This document shows positions 12,101-26,055 of a DNA stretch of 64,000 nucleotides, one piece after another (within the stretch, counting starts at the first letter, position 1; the number at the start of each line of letters is the position of its first letter). The position numbers and the translations under genes were made by a program. Under the pieces are notes generated by a model that was given only the letters and a program-made list of their open reading frames with translations, had not been told where the DNA came from and searched no databases. This DNA comes from Antechinus flavipes (lineage: Eukaryota): the NCBI RefSeq assembly GCF_016432865.1, contig NC_067398.1, forward strand, positions 489,366,001 through 489,430,000. The letters are read 5' to 3'.

Positions 12101-14540
12101 TACCTATTTGCTATTTATTTCAATGCTAATTTTTATTTCTAGTTATTGTTTTAAATGAATTGAATTAAATGAATAGGCCTTATTATAACTATGTTAAATT
12201 TGTATGAATGTCAATATAAATGTAGAGAATGAGTTTAACTCTCTCCATATGATTCCTCTGGAAACAAAAAAAAAAAAATTGACTAGATGTATTGTTTCCA
12301 ATTCATTTCTCAACTTATCCATGAAAGATGGATGACTATGAAAGTAGTAATTAACAGAAAACCTAATTCTGGATATTTAGAACTGTTATTTGAATTTGTG
12401 GCATCATACCATAGCTACAACATTTCAGTGCTTTTAAAGCACATTTAAATATATCTGGCTATCCTTATACTTTTTTGCTATTGTACCTGGCTAAGATAAT
12501 TGCTTTCATTGAAGGCAGTTTCTAGAAAAGTTTTCTCTTTGGACCTGTGGTGTCTGGGATGGATGATCTAGATGGACTGTATTTATAATGAATGGCTAAT
12601 TTGAGTAGGCCCTAAACTTTTCTTATTCACATAGCTTTTCTTTGTGGTGGGAACCAGTCATAAGTGTTCTACTTAATTGTATTGAAACTTAAGAGGCTTT
12701 GAGAAATTACTTAGACTCACTGCTATTGATCATGCTTCAGTTCAGCAAAGGTTTAGTCTTGGCCTCTGTTCATAATTGCGATAATCACCTTGTAAATTTG
12801 CATTTCATATATACATATATGTAAATTTAATATTTATTCTTACACATATTCATAATACATCTCTTACAGAATTACCCTCAAGTTAGGCCACTTACTGCCT
12901 ATCAGATAATGAAGAGTCCAGCTGTGGAATTCTCCTTGATATGGAGGAGGACTAATGGTACTTTAGATAACCTCTTCTTCCAGCTCATTAATTTATCTAA
13001 ATGCACAACCCTATCTTTTAAAAATTTAAGTTAGACTTGAGGGGAGAAAGGGTGCCTAATGAAACGCATCAATTCAACTCACTTCTATAGAGGTTGCCCT
13101 AGGAATATAAATAATTCAGCTGAGCCATGGAGGCTTTTGCCAGTTGAGCTCAGATTTTTGAAGGCAGAATGAGCAACTTGACTTCTCAGTAATGGCTACT
13201 GAAAATCTAAAGAGAAACATATGAAGTAAAGTTTGTAATTATGTCATTGAAATTTGTGTATAGTGACTGGGCTTGCACAAATTGTGCTTTGAGACTGGAT
13301 GTTTAGGACAAACTTGATTTTCTGAAATTCCGTGTTTGGCTATTGCAGCAATTGAGTGTTAAAATGGACGCCAAACATGTCTTGTAGCAGCTGTGTGATT
13401 AAAAACTGAGCGCCAATCTATGGGATGCGTGCAGATTGGCCCAGTCCCAAGTGTGTGTGATTGCATTTCATCTGTTTGCTATCTCAACAGATGGACCTGT
13501 TTAGTTGGATATTTGCCGGTTGTCCTTCAGCAATAACTGGAAATGTCAATGACTGAAATCACATCAACTACAAAGAGTTAATATTTGGTGAACCTCATTA
13601 TTAACTTTTCTAAAAGCATTTTTTAAAAAAGTATTCAAAAAATAAAATAACCAGCTGAGTTTTGAGGACTTTTTTTAGTCCCTGGGAAGTTGCTTCAAAA
13701 GCTTGACCTGAAAGAAAATGAGACCATTTATCTTTTTAGGGTTTGTCATACATGCCCTCTGAACACCTATGTGTTAATCTCATAAGCATGGATAGTTTTC
13801 AAACTTCTTGAAACCTGCAGGCTTTCAGATGAAGGCATTGTGGTAGAGAGGGAAGGGGAATGGAAAGGTTCTTGCTTTTTCTGTCTACCAAGTTTTATTA
13901 TGGAAACTGTTTGCTGGATAATTGGGTTTAATTTGTAACAGAGGAGAAAATTTGTATTGTAAACAAGAAGCTCTTTGAAGATAAATCTTGTCAGTAGCTT
14001 CAGGAAGGAAGCCTTGTTTTTTATGGCCTGGAGTGGGAGGGTGTTTCTCTTGCTAGACTACAAAGTGTGAGTGGCTAGAAGGTGTTAATTAGTAGTCTTC
14101 ACCTGATTCCTTTTGCAAGCTGCCTAATTAAAATGCATTATAAAAACTTTCACTCTTTCTTGTAAAGGGAAAAAATATATATACTTATTTTGTCATCAGT
14201 AGAGTTTCCAATACTTCCTTCTAGGTTCCCTAACCTAACTTTCCCTAAAGATACAGAAAGATTTTGTGCTCCTCCCTCAGGCCAAAACACTACTACTATA
14301 ATGAACTGCTTTTAAATGCTGAGGGAAAGCTTAAACATCACTTCCTACAGTCAAATTAAGTAATTTTAGTTAAGTTCTAATCAACTGGTGAGTTCTTTTG
14401 GTATTTTCTAATATACCAATTTCCATTATTTAGTTCTCTCATTTCAGATGCCCTCAGGTGATGGGATTAAGACTGATGAATTTTTTGTATTGTAATAGAT
14501 CCCAGTATTAAATATTTTTCTCTTATATTATAACTTACTG

Positions 14541-14690
14541 TAGTGTGCTGGTAAGTATTTAACAACCAATTCTCCAAAAGGACACTCAGTTTATCATTTA
14601 ATCTACATTATTATCATTTACTTTTCTTAAGTCTGGACAATCAACAAAACAACAAAGCCCCAAATTGCCTTTGCTGATTTTTGAGCCAAT
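14541..14690. mobile_element. MER63-like hAT-Blackjack DNA transposon fragment
   Basis: AGTGTGCTGGTAA.TATTTAACAACC end and TTTTCTTAAGTCTGGACAATCAACAAAACAA interior resemble the MER63 consensus as recalled. Confidence 0.65.
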
Positions 14691-16554
14691 GATGTTTCTG
14701 GTAAAACCCTGAATTTTTTTCCAGTTTTCATATTCAGATCTTCATATCAAAAGTTAGGCTGTTTTCATATATTGAATCTTGAAGTAGTTACAGATTTTGG
14801 GTTACCTTTACTTTCTCGATAATTGGATGGCCAAAATATATGTGAGAAATTACTATCAAATATGATTTAACCTTTATTTTTTAAAAAGAGAACTTCTGTA
14901 GGTATATGTGTCTTTTAAAGTGTTAGAACTTTGATTAACATCTGAGCTAATAAAGTTCCCTTATTTTTTTTTTCTTCCTGAAGAAATACTGTAAGTTTTC
15001 CTGTTATATGAAAATGTAGGTATTTTATTCTTTTCTCTTTGCTCCTATTCATAAAATATTTAAGAGATAATTGCAAAGGAATCCATATGCATTTTTTACA
15101 ATTGAATTCCACTTTGCCAATTTTATATAACTTGGCTAGTTCTTTTTCCTGCCTCAGTGCTTTTTTAATGGCCATTAAATAATTGCATAAATTAGTCATT
15201 CTTTATATTATGTGTAAATAGTATTATTGAAGATAAAACCAATTTTTTTAGAGTCATTAAAGAGTAAGTTTTCATTTATTTTACAGAGAATCATTTAGTA
15301 AGTTTATCTTTTGGAGACCATTGCTTTTCCAAAATACAAATGACACACATGATACAGTAGAAACTTTATGGATCTTAGGTGGGGGATCAAGTTCAGGGAA
15401 TTGATTTAAATTCCCATTCTTTTGTTACATTGATATCTTTGTAATATCTTCAGTTTTATTGACTATAGATTCAGTAACATGAGCAATGGCCAATTCTTTG
15501 TAGATTCCTTTTCTTTTCTTGAACTCAAGAAGGGAAAATAGATGGAGATCAAGTGGAATAAAATAAAACAAGAATTCCCACTTTACTGTTCCTTGGTTGA
15601 TAATGTAAACCCAGTGTTGGCAGGAAATTGAAATGCTCAGGACTCTCACAGTGGATTTTCTAGAGTAAAACAATTGTGAATAACCCTGTTAGTAGAGTGA
15701 GACATGCCAATATTATTAAGGGAAATTGATGTTTGCCTTTCCCTTGCTCAATTTTTTTTTTCATATTTTATGAAATAGTCCTTGATTGGCTAGAATTTAG
15801 GAAATGGTTTATTTTACTTAATTATGTTAAATTAGATTTGGCCAAGAAACCCCATTGCCTTTCAAAACATATTATGGAAGATGTAGGTAAAGTGTATTTG
15901 TATGTATTTTTGCCCATAGCCAATACAGTATGGTGAGATAATTACATCTTTCTTTGATTTTGATAACTTTTGAGTTGTTATTGAGAGGATAGATTTTCAT
16001 TTTAGAGTATGTTAAGTTTCCATGGTATAGATTGGGTTAGACTGTTTGTTTACAACAAGAGATGCCATAGGAATTGCAATTTATAGTAATAGAATCCTTA
16101 ATGCAACCTTTTTTTGTTTACCTTTCTCCATAAAAGCTGAATGTATCTAAGAATACTATTTATTTAAACATGATTGGGGGTTCTGATTAGTTGGATTCTA
16201 ATCACTTGCTCCTTTCCTGTATTCAATTTAAAATTAATTATTCTGAAAATGTCAAAAGGTGCAGTTAGTTTTGAGGAATTGTACAGAGCTTTCAGAAAAT
16301 CGTTCTTAATTTTTTTCTTCATTTAGATTTATCCTGATTGGCATGCAGTCCCTATGTTGTATTCTGAAATATCTGAAATCATAACATCTTGATAGAGAGT
16401 GCTCTATTTTTGAATTATTTTAAATAGTAACTTTAAAATTTGCATTAATTGAAAGATACCTTGTCATAACATTTGCTTTGTGTCATGAAAGGTTATCTAT
16501 ATTTGGAAGTAACATTTTGGTAAAAGGAAGATTATGGAATATTTATGAACTTTC

Positions 16555-16725
16555 TCATAGAATCATAGAAATGGAGATCTTAAAGGTACCTCAGAAATTA
16601 TGTAGTCCAACTCCTTGGTTTTATACATGAGAAGATTATGCCTCACAGAGGGTGTACTTTGTCCAAGGTCATCCAAGGAGTTAATGATGGTGAACCCAAG
16701 TTTTTAGATTTCCTAATCTAATACT
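16555..16725 (-). mobile_element. MIR/MIR3 fragment
   Basis: CATAGAATCATAGAA...TAGTCCAACTCC...TTTTATACATGAG...TGTCCAAGGTCA. Confidence 0.6.
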
Positions 16726-17294
16726 TTAGTCATTCTGAAACCTTTTGAAGTAAAGTAGACCAAGGAAAAATCCCTCTTTATAGTACACATTCTGACATGT
16801 GTAAAATCATTTTGTTTTTCTTAGAAAGCAACAGAAGAAATCACTTTTAAAAGTGTTCTTTCAAAAAAATCATTTTTGGAGGAATAGTAAATTTTGTTGG
16901 CTAAAGCAATGTGGCAAACACATTTTTCTTCCTATAAATATGATTTTTTAATAAATTTTTCTTTGTTAAGTGTGTAGTTGTATTTTGGTTATTTAGGAGA
17001 TGATTGTGGATTTTCCAAGTACATGCTGCTCAGCTTTTTTGACCATATAGGGTTTGTTTGTTTGTTTTTTTGGTTTATTTGTTTGTTTTTGAAAGAATTG
17101 TGCTATTTAATAATATCATTTCCATAAAATGGGGGCAAAATACATTGTTAATTTTACTTGACAAATTGAAAGGTTTTTTAAAAGGAGAAGAATATTATAT
17201 TCTATCTCCTATAACAGAAAAAAAAGTTATCATTTCACAGAATCACAGGGAACATAGCTGGGAAGGGATCTTAGAAGTCATGGAGAAATGGTAA

Positions 17295-17680
17295 TAAGAA
17301 ATGTCAAAGCGTGCAGTGAGGTTATTAAAGGTGAAGATTTTAAAAAGACCCCTGGATTTGATGTTTAAGAGAGATCATTGATAACTTTAGAAAAAGCAAT
17401 TTCTTATGAATAATGAGATTATAGGAGGAAAGAAAATTTAGACTTCTTTCTCATGTAGAATAGCTGAGGAGTGGAGGAAATCTATAGTATAATAACCATT
17501 GGGGATGGTAAGATCTAGTGAAGGTTCAGAATAGGTGAGACAGGTTCCTGTTGTGGAAGCAGGGAATACATTGAAGATAAGATAGTAAGGGGGATGATGG
17601 TAAGACTATTTTGAAGATAGAAGGAAATGGGATTCAAGAATGCATGTAGAGGGGGATATTCAGGCAAGGAAGAAGGATCA
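17295..17680 (-). mobile_element. L2 internal fragment
   Basis: GTCAAAGCGTGCAGTGAGG...CCTGGATTTGATG...GATCATTGATAACTTTAGAAAAAGCAATTTC antisense L2 ORF2 motif. Confidence 0.6.
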
Positions 17681-17689
17681 CTGATAACA

Positions 17690-18160
17690 CTAAATGTGTT
17701 GCTATGGATATTTTGATATATATGAGAACTTTTTTTATGCCTTTCACATTTGCATATATGCCTAGTAGTAGAATCTCTGAGTCAAATAACAATAGACATT
17801 TTAGGAATTATTTTGATCTCTTGTTATTAATCTATTATTAGAGATTTGGATAAATGTTTAAAATAGTTACAATTCTTTTGAGAAATGTTTGTTAATCTTT
17901 TATGCTTACTTATCCACTGTGGTATGACTCTGGGTCTTATATATTTGTGTTAATTCTCAGTGTATTTTGTGTAACCGATTTGATCAGAGAGATTTGATAT
18001 AAATGCTTTCCCCCATTGACATTTTCCTGATTTTTGCTGGCAGTTTTGATTATGTTATTGCAAAAGCTTGTTGATTTTAATCAAAATTATATATTTTTAA
18101 AACAATTTCCTCTATCTCTTCTTTGATTATGTTATTTGAATATCTTTCATGATTCCAAGT
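17690..18160 (-). mobile_element. Old L1 fragment
   Basis: T-rich block with degraded L1 ORF2 3' antisense motifs (TGCAAAAGCTT.TTGATTTTAAT). Confidence 0.5.
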
Positions 18161-18404
18161 GGCTTGATGCCAGAAAAATATCTTTTTAGCACCAATAGTC
18201 TCTCAGTGATGCTAAATGGCTGTGCCATCATCCTAGAGGAATCAGTTATAGTACAATGTAAAGTTCCATTATATGGCATTCTAAAAGACATATGAGTCTT
18301 CTGAAGTTTATAATTAAATACATGGTGGAAAAGACTTCCTAGGGAGGATTGGACAGGAGAGTGGGCTCTCTTTTACAGTGAAGAGCTTTTCCTTCATTGT
18401 ATTT

Positions 18405-18590
18405 GTGTCCCATTCTACCTAACTCCATTTGAGGTTTTCTTACAAAGATTCTGGAGTGGTTTGCTATTTCCTTCTAAACCAGCTCATGTTACAGCTAACT
18501 TATCCAGGGTCACATAGCTAATAAGTGCCTGAGGCCAGATTGGAGCTCTAGGAAGATGAGTCTTTCTGACTCTATCCATGGCACATCTAC
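18405..18590 (-). mobile_element. MAR1-type marsupial SINE (CORE head, RTE-derived tail)
   Basis: TTTTCTTACAAAGATTCTGGAGTGGTTTGCTATTTCCTTCT followed by CCAGGGTCACATAGCTAATAAGTGCCTGAGGCCAGATT. Confidence 0.75.
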
Positions 18591-18814
18591 TTACCCTAGT
18601 TAGAGCAGATGCTGAATAGCTTCAGCATTTCACTGTAAATGTGAACATAATAAGAGGAAGTTGTTTAGCATGTTGGGCAACCCTTTATGGAGATTTTTAA
18701 GGAAATATAGGCAAGAATCATACAGATGCAATTTTCAGCTGTGTTGTTTCTGTATAAAGAAAAAAAAGAAACTTTTATTCTATTGGAAAATCCATAAATC
18801 CAAGAGACAGGATA

Positions 18815-18990
18815 TATAATGGAAAGAATACTAGAGTGGGAATCAGGAGACCTCCATTTAAGTCTTGGATTTATTACTATATAGTTTTGCTGCCTTGAGC
18901 AAATTATTTGACCTCTGGACTTCAATTTCTGAATCTGTAACACAAGTTTAAAATAGAGGGTCTCCAAACACCCTTCCATCTCCAAAATTC
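18815..18990 (+). mobile_element. MIR/MIR3 fragment
   Basis: GGAATCAGGAGACCT...TGACCTCTGGACTTCAATTTCT..ATCTGTAA. Confidence 0.65.
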
Positions 18991-19564
18991 CATAACCCTA
19001 ATGGCTTAACATTGCTTTGGGAACCACCTAGCATTATCTCACTGAAACATCAAAATCACTTTAGAAGCTATTTGTTGATTATACCAAGATTGCCTATAAA
19101 TTACTATCATCAACTTTTAATATATTGAAGGAGGGAGAAAGAGAAAAGGAGGGATTTTTTCTGAATCTATACTTTTTAGAAAGGCACTGAATCTTTGTTC
19201 AAATTTTGAAAACATTTTCAGTTATAATGTTAGGATTTCCTAGGCATCAAGTCTGTTTTTCACTAACGGTTTATTTTTATGATCCATATTTCTTTCAGTA
19301 CCCATTTATATTTCCCAGATAAGTACATGCTCATCCTTTGTCTCCCTTACCCCATGGAAAATAATAATCTGAATGAAACTCAGAACTCTAACCACTGTGA
19401 AAATAAATTTGAATAGAAGTAGGTGGAATATAGGTTCTGCTGCCCCTTATTTGCATTAAGTACCTTGTCTGTTCACTCTAAAATCAAAGAAAATTAAAAC
19501 AATTTGCATATTCGATATTTATATCTACTTAGCTTTTGCTCCTTTCCAGACAATGCCATTTGTT

Positions 19565-19770
19565 GTTTCTGTTGAGGCAGGTTATGACCCCATTTGGTAT
19601 TTCCTTGGCAAAGATACTGGAGTGGTTTGCCATTTCTTTCTCCAGTTCATTTTACCTATGAGGAAACTGTTGCAAACAGGATTAAGTAACTTGCCTGGGG
19701 TCACAAAGTAAGTTTGTGAAGCTACATTTGAATTCAGGCTTTCCTAACTCCAAGGCTGGTGCTCTATCCA
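19565..19770 (-). mobile_element. MAR1-type SINE
   Basis: TGACCCCATTTGG...CTTGGCAAAGATACTGGAGTGGTTTGCCATTTCTTTCTCCAG...ATGAGGAAACTG. Confidence 0.85.
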
Positions 19771-21058
19771 TTCTGTCACTTTGCTTTGATTTAAAAATTT
19801 AACTCTTAGATTTAAAATTCATTGACCCAACTTTTAACAGTGTATATATAGGAGATGTCTACACTAGTGAGTTTTTTCTTTCTTTCTTTCTTTTTTTCTT
19901 TTCTTTTATAAAAACTGGAAGCATTGAGATTGTTTAATAATGGAGTAGCTGATACTTGATGATTCACCCTCCACTTCTCTCAATTAAAAAGGGGGGGAAA
20001 TAATTTGTAGTGATGATTCATTATTACTTACATTGCTTTCTCTTTTAGTCCATGAATGCTTTAAGCAATTTAGAATCATCCTAGACTGTTGAACATCAAT
20101 TTTTCTATTTGGTTAAATAAGAAGTAATGATACTATATTGAATTAAATTTCATCATAAGAGAACCTGCTTATGATGAGGAAAATAGTCTTGTTCACAAAG
20201 TGAGGCTCCTTCTGCCTTCATATTTTTAAGAGCATCTTTTCTCCTGGAAACAAACCAAGATTGGAATAATATTATGACTCAGTTCAAAGATGTGTCGTTA
20301 CCTCTAGGATGAAGAGTCAATGAAATTGGTTTCTCAAAAGTTTTTCCACGATGACATGGGAAAGGTAAAGACTGTTTTGTTTCCACAAACAGATGTGGGT
20401 CTTTCCCATCCCTTGTCCCATTTACCTCCACCCCCACTGACCACCTGTTGTCTTGTCAGTGACCTGTGATCCTGTGATCCTATAATACATGCTGACTGTG
20501 GAGTACTGCTAGCAGTAAAAGAAAAGTTGATGCAGGATGCTGAGGGAAAAGTGCCAGGACTTAAGTGATTTTCACTTTGATGAAGTACTCTAATTACAAG
20601 TTCTTTGCCTTGGTAAAGCACTGCTCATCTTCCTTATAGTTCAAAAGCTTCTTAAGAAGATCACTTGTTAAATGGGGAAAAAAGGCAGATTGTCATAGTT
20701 TGCTTTGGGTTATATGGTTCCCTTTTGTAGGTCCTTCTCCTGGCCTGGATCATCCCTTTTATATGCATCCTTGAATCCCATCTCCTGTCATCTTCAGCAG
20801 ATTATCTCCACCATCCCCCTTACTATCTTATCTTCAATCTATTAGAAAAGTTTGCTCTTTAAACATTATTCTTTTTCTTCCTTTTCTACTTTTCCTAATG
20901 GGTCAAGAACTGCTATTTTTAGTATACATAACATTTTATTTTAAATTAATTTGTATCTATATAATGAATGGATGAGAATAAGATCATATCCAAAAGTTAA
21001 ACCTATATGTATTATAAGGAAAAAATAGACTGTTGGGTTGCTTAAAAATGAATGCATT

Positions 21059-21207
21059 GGGGCAGCTATGTGGTGCAGTGGATAGAGTACCAACCCTGAA
21101 GTCAGGAGGATCTGAGTTCAAATCTGGCCTCAGACATTTAATACTTCCTAGCTTGTGACCCTGGACAAGTCACTTAACCCCAATTGCCTCAGCAAAAAAA
21201 AAAAAAA
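21059..21207 (+). mobile_element. WSINE1-type tRNA-derived SINE, intact, with poly-A and TSD
   Basis: GGGGCAGCT..GTGGTGCAGTGGATAGAG (A box), GAGTTCAAATC (B box), CCCCAATTGCCTC, poly-A; AATGCATT repeated at 21051-21058 and 21208-21215. Confidence 0.9.
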
Positions 21208-21654
21208 AATGCATTCAAGCAAAGTTAAACTTTGAGAAAGATAAATTCATTTCCATTATACTGTAATATATGGCTATGAATTAGATTTTTGGGGGAGGCA
21301 GGTAATTTGAACCCAAATGAATATCACTGAAAGCAATGGATAAGCTACTTCTGGATGTGAAAAGGCTGCTACTTGTAGTCAACAATCAATTGAACAAGTT
21401 AGACACATCCTTAAGAAATTGTAGAATGGGAAGAAAACGTGGGCTGGTCATATAGCAAGGATAAGAGAGAGCAGGTGGACAGTCATATTGCTTCAGTGAT
21501 ACGTTTAAAATGAAAAATGAGCACATTGGATGGACCACTGTGGCAAACTTCAGGAAGGATATGAACACATCATGCAAGTGTGAAAACAGTTCACTTTCCA
21601 TACCTTTATAGGGAATATGCAGATAGATGAGAATAAAAATCCATTTCAGTAGTT

Positions 21655-22445
21655 GACTATCAGGTCAACAAGAAGCATTTAATAAGCACCTATTATGTGT
21701 CCAACACTAAGTGTTAAGAATATTATATCAAAGAAAAACAAAAATAGTTTCCCACTCTCAAAGAATTCACAATCTAATGGGGGAAGCCTTCTAACAACCA
21801 CGAACATGTAAGATACTTGTGGGATAAATTGGACTCTTTCAGAGGAAAGGCACTCAGCATCAAGGGAAAAGGCTTTCTGTAGAATGTAGAGTTTTAGCTG
21901 ACACTTGAAGGAAACCAATGAAACTAGAGGGAGAAAATCAAGGAGGGATAATTTCTGTTTTGGAGGACAGCCAGTGGAAATGCCTGCTTTGGGAATGAAT
22001 ACTTTCTGTGGGTAAGATAGTAGGGAATCCAGTGTCATAAGATTGTAGAGTGAAAGGGGAAGTAAGGCATGAGAAATTTCAAAGATAGGAAAGAACCAGG
22101 TTATGAAGGGATTTAAAAGCCAGACAAAAGTTTTTAGAGTTGATGCTGGAGGCTAAAGGGAACTAGTGGAGTTTGAGTCATGGTGATATGATCAGGTTTA
22201 TGCTTGCTTAAGAAGATCAGTTTTGACAGCTCGGTGGAAGATGAATTGGACAGGGTAGAGATTTGAGGCAGGGAAATTCATTAGCTGACCATAGCAATAA
22301 CTGGCCATGAAGTGATGAAGAAAGAAGGGGTGTGTGTGTAAGAGTTAATAAAAATGTTAAAAACGGCAGAATTTGTTAACAGATTGGCCAGTGAGAGTTA
22401 GCAGTAGAGGACGACATCTGGATTGGGAACCTCGGTGACTGAGAG
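21655..22445 (-). mobile_element. L2 LINE 3' portion, about 0.8 kb
   Basis: CAACAAG..GCATTTAATAAGCACCTATTATGTG terminus followed by continuous antisense L2 motifs. Confidence 0.8.
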
Positions 22446-25400
22446 GAAAAAGGCATAGAGAAAGCTAGTTAGTGTAAAGCCAGGGATTGTCTTAATTCAA
22501 TTACCACTTTAGATAAAAATAAGCCTCTTAATTTTAGGATTATTTAATATAAGTAATATAGTAAGGAATTTCATGTTTTCTTTTTTAATGTTTGGATTGA
22601 TCATTGGGAACTTAGTTCTTGGAGCATGCTCAATATTTTTTTGTATATCTATGTGATTTAGCTTTTAGAAATATTAGATGAAAAGGCCTCTTTCCTTACC
22701 AGATCTATAACATGCAAAATTACCCTTTGTTTCCTGTGGGCTCACTATGTAGCAAGAAAAAGTTACTGAGCTGGAGTGGAGTTTGAATAAAAGTATTTAA
22801 ATGGATGAACTTTCTTGCTTTCTCCTAATGGCTTTCAAGTGAGGAAGAAGACTTGGGAATGTCAGAAAGAAGTATTATCTATGGCACCAGCTGTGTCTTA
22901 TCTCTCCTCATGGGTACTTTAGGGATCTGAATCTAGAGTGAATGAGTATCTAAAATGCAATGGGTTAAAATCTTGTGAGCTTTGAAGTTTTGGAGAATCC
23001 ATTTTACATCTCCTCAGTAAGAGGAAATAGCAGTTGTAACATAGCCAAGCCCAGTGAAGTACCAAGCCTTGAGGAGCAACCTTCTTGATAGAGTGCAGGA
23101 ATGAATTGACTAGATAGCTGAGATCCAGTTTTTAGCAAGTGACTTTAGAGATGAACTTGGTGGAAGGAGACTTTCTGTAATAAACATTTTAGGTTTGAGC
23201 TTAGTCTGATTATCTACAGTGATGGTCAAAAAATGTGTGCTTCTTTGGGGAGTATACTATTCTTTGATTCTTGCTATATCTTGTCTGTAAATACACCTTA
23301 CTAAAAACCAATTAATGGTAATTGATTAAATGATATTTGGGAGGTATTATTTAATTGTTGATTCATATTGGGCTTCACTGGATGAAGGCTCAAGAGCCAG
23401 TAGTATTACTATATGCCAGAACCCTGGAGGGAGAGAGAAAGTTAATCTTTCAGTTCAAGTAGAAACTGAGAAAATGTGCCCAAAGCCTACATACAACACA
23501 ATAAAAATAAAGTAACATTCCTTTTTTTCTGAATGAAATGCCATAAAAAATTCAGGCATATTTCTTCCCATGATATATTTATTTGGATATAAAACACAGT
23601 GAATCTTTTGAATAATAAAGTAAAGTTTTACCTTCTTTCTCTACATCAAAATCAATTCTCTATTCCCTTTTCTTCTCTAATATTTCTTATCCCCATTACC
23701 ATTTTTTTTTTTCATCAGCACCACTTGGTCATGTTTCTCATGCTCTCACTTTCCCCTTCTTCTATTTTGGTATTTATTGATGGCCCCTTTTCCTACCCCA
23801 TCTCATTTTGTTTTTATTCTGTGTTTCTATAAAACTTATTTCAGATGACTTCCCTCCAGTCACCATTATTTTCACTTACTATATAACTGCTTTCAGAAGT
23901 TTTCATTATGTAAAGTAAAAGCACAGTGAAACCCTACAATTGATAACCACTTTGTGAGCATGAATGAACATGAACACGATAATATTGTACAATATCTGTA
24001 TCTGGATAGTACTTTGTATTTTATAAATAATTAGAATCTATCTTGCCAAATTTGATAGTTTTAGTCTACCAAGCTTTGATTTTTCTCTCTTCTTAAGTTA
24101 CCTAACTACATAGATATGTGCCGCTTTATCTCTAACACACATACACATACACACACACTCAATTTCTTCTCTCTCTGTCTCTCTCCTTTTCTCTCTCCCT
24201 CCCCCTTTTTTCCCTTCCTCTCCCCCCCACTCCGGCATCAGCTAATGAACTAGTTTTATGTTCAGCATTATTTCTCTTTTTCTATCAGAATGATGATAAC
24301 ATTCAATGAACAAGTGACTGCCTTCCCAATTATCATCCCTTAGCTACATTTTTAAATATCAAGAGGAAGAAAATAGACAACCTCAGTGTTTTACTGTTAT
24401 CCATGAAATAATAAAAGTAGTCCAGGAAGGCCTCTAGCACATTGGATGGATTGCTAATGAAGGATTTATGAAACAAACAAACAAGCAGAAATCTCACACA
24501 ACAAGAATGGATTACCCATTGATTAAAGTCTTTGAGGTATCATCAAGAAAGAAATGGTTCTCTGTGTGAATCAAAAAGAGTAATTGTTATCATGTTTAAA
24601 AGTCTAAGTTACTGGTAAACTTACAATTAGAGGTTTCCTAGAATTTTTCTAATTCATTCTTTCCTTGCTTAAAAGTGGCTTTGATTATTTTTTCTTTTCT
24701 AAAAATGTTATGTTTTTCAAATTTTGGAAGCATAGGGCAGTTATGATGCTATGTTCATAATTCGGTTTAGTTACTGGTAAATATTGGTAAAAGTCAATAG
24801 TAGACTCATAAATAGAAGGCAGAATCATAATAGAGCACATTTTGGGGGGACCTTCACTTTTCTACCTTGCACTGGACTGGAAGGTTTATTTCCCAGAGGA
24901 AGGCTGACTATTGCTTCTCTCAGGAGTTTAGGGGCAAGCTTGAGGGAGTCTGCTTCTAATAATACTTGATAAGTTCTTATGTGATATCTCCCTAATGTTG
25001 ATACACTAATTGACATCACTCAGCTTTTTACAAAATGGGATTTTTATTGAGCAGGTATAGTATTGAAAGAAGTTAGATAATGCTCTCCAAATTGGGAGTT
25101 CATTCTTCCCTCTATATACAAATAGTTCTGTGGAGAACAGGTTCAGATTTTAAACATGTCACAGTAGTAAGGTCAACATTTTGGGGAAAAAAGCTCACTT
25201 TCCACTTCTGGCCACACACACACACAGAGTCCTTTTTGTTCTTTTGAGAAATCTCCAAGAAATTCTTTCCTTAGAGAGGCATTACTAATGGACTAATTTT
25301 CTCTTTGTTCTTGCTGGATATGGGGTTTTAGTTGATGAAATCATTTACTGTTAGTCTGAAGTCAAATTAGGTTGCTTGATTTCTACATTGTCTCCTTATC

Positions 25401-25899
25401 ACACTTGGCTGCTACTACTGATACAGGTAGGTTATTGCAGATCTGGTTATTGGTAGAATATCTCTAATGGTTCCTATGGATTTCCCATTCTTACCAGTCC
25501 CCTTTTGGTGTTTGTATAAGTTCAGGAAAAAATAAATGGGAAAAAAAATACACATTCCCAAACACAGAATATCTCGCTGGGAGAGAAGCTGCCTTCTGTA
25601 GCTTCTTATACCAGGTGGTTCAAAATAATTTTTGCCTCTCTTGCCTCCCCGAAGAAAAAAGGAAAAAAGAAAAAAAGAAATTGAGGGAGTGATATCTATC
25701 AGTCCTTTTATATGAACCAACAGTTCTAGCTCTGAAGCTGCTTGGAAGGGTTTGTTTTTGTTTTTTTTTTTTTAAATCACAAACAAATTTTTGACTCACC
25801 ATACCCAAAAAACAGCTTCTACAGGCTGGATTAACAATGAGCAGAGAATATCTACATATGGTTTTTAAAACTGTGTTCTCATTGGCCTCATTACAATAG

Positions 25900-26055
25900 G
25901 AAGCAACCTTTAAGGTTATTTAGTCTAACCCAATATTTTATAGATTAGGAAACTAAGGTCAGCTGAGTAAAGTAGCTTCCCCAAAATCAGACACCTATTA
26001 AGTGTTGCTTAAGAGTTGAACTCCAGTATTCTGATTGTAAATCCAATATACTTTG
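25900..26055 (-). mobile_element. MIR fragment
   Basis: TAGTCTAACCC...TTTTATAGATTAGGAAACTAAGG...GTTGAACTCCAG. Confidence 0.6.
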
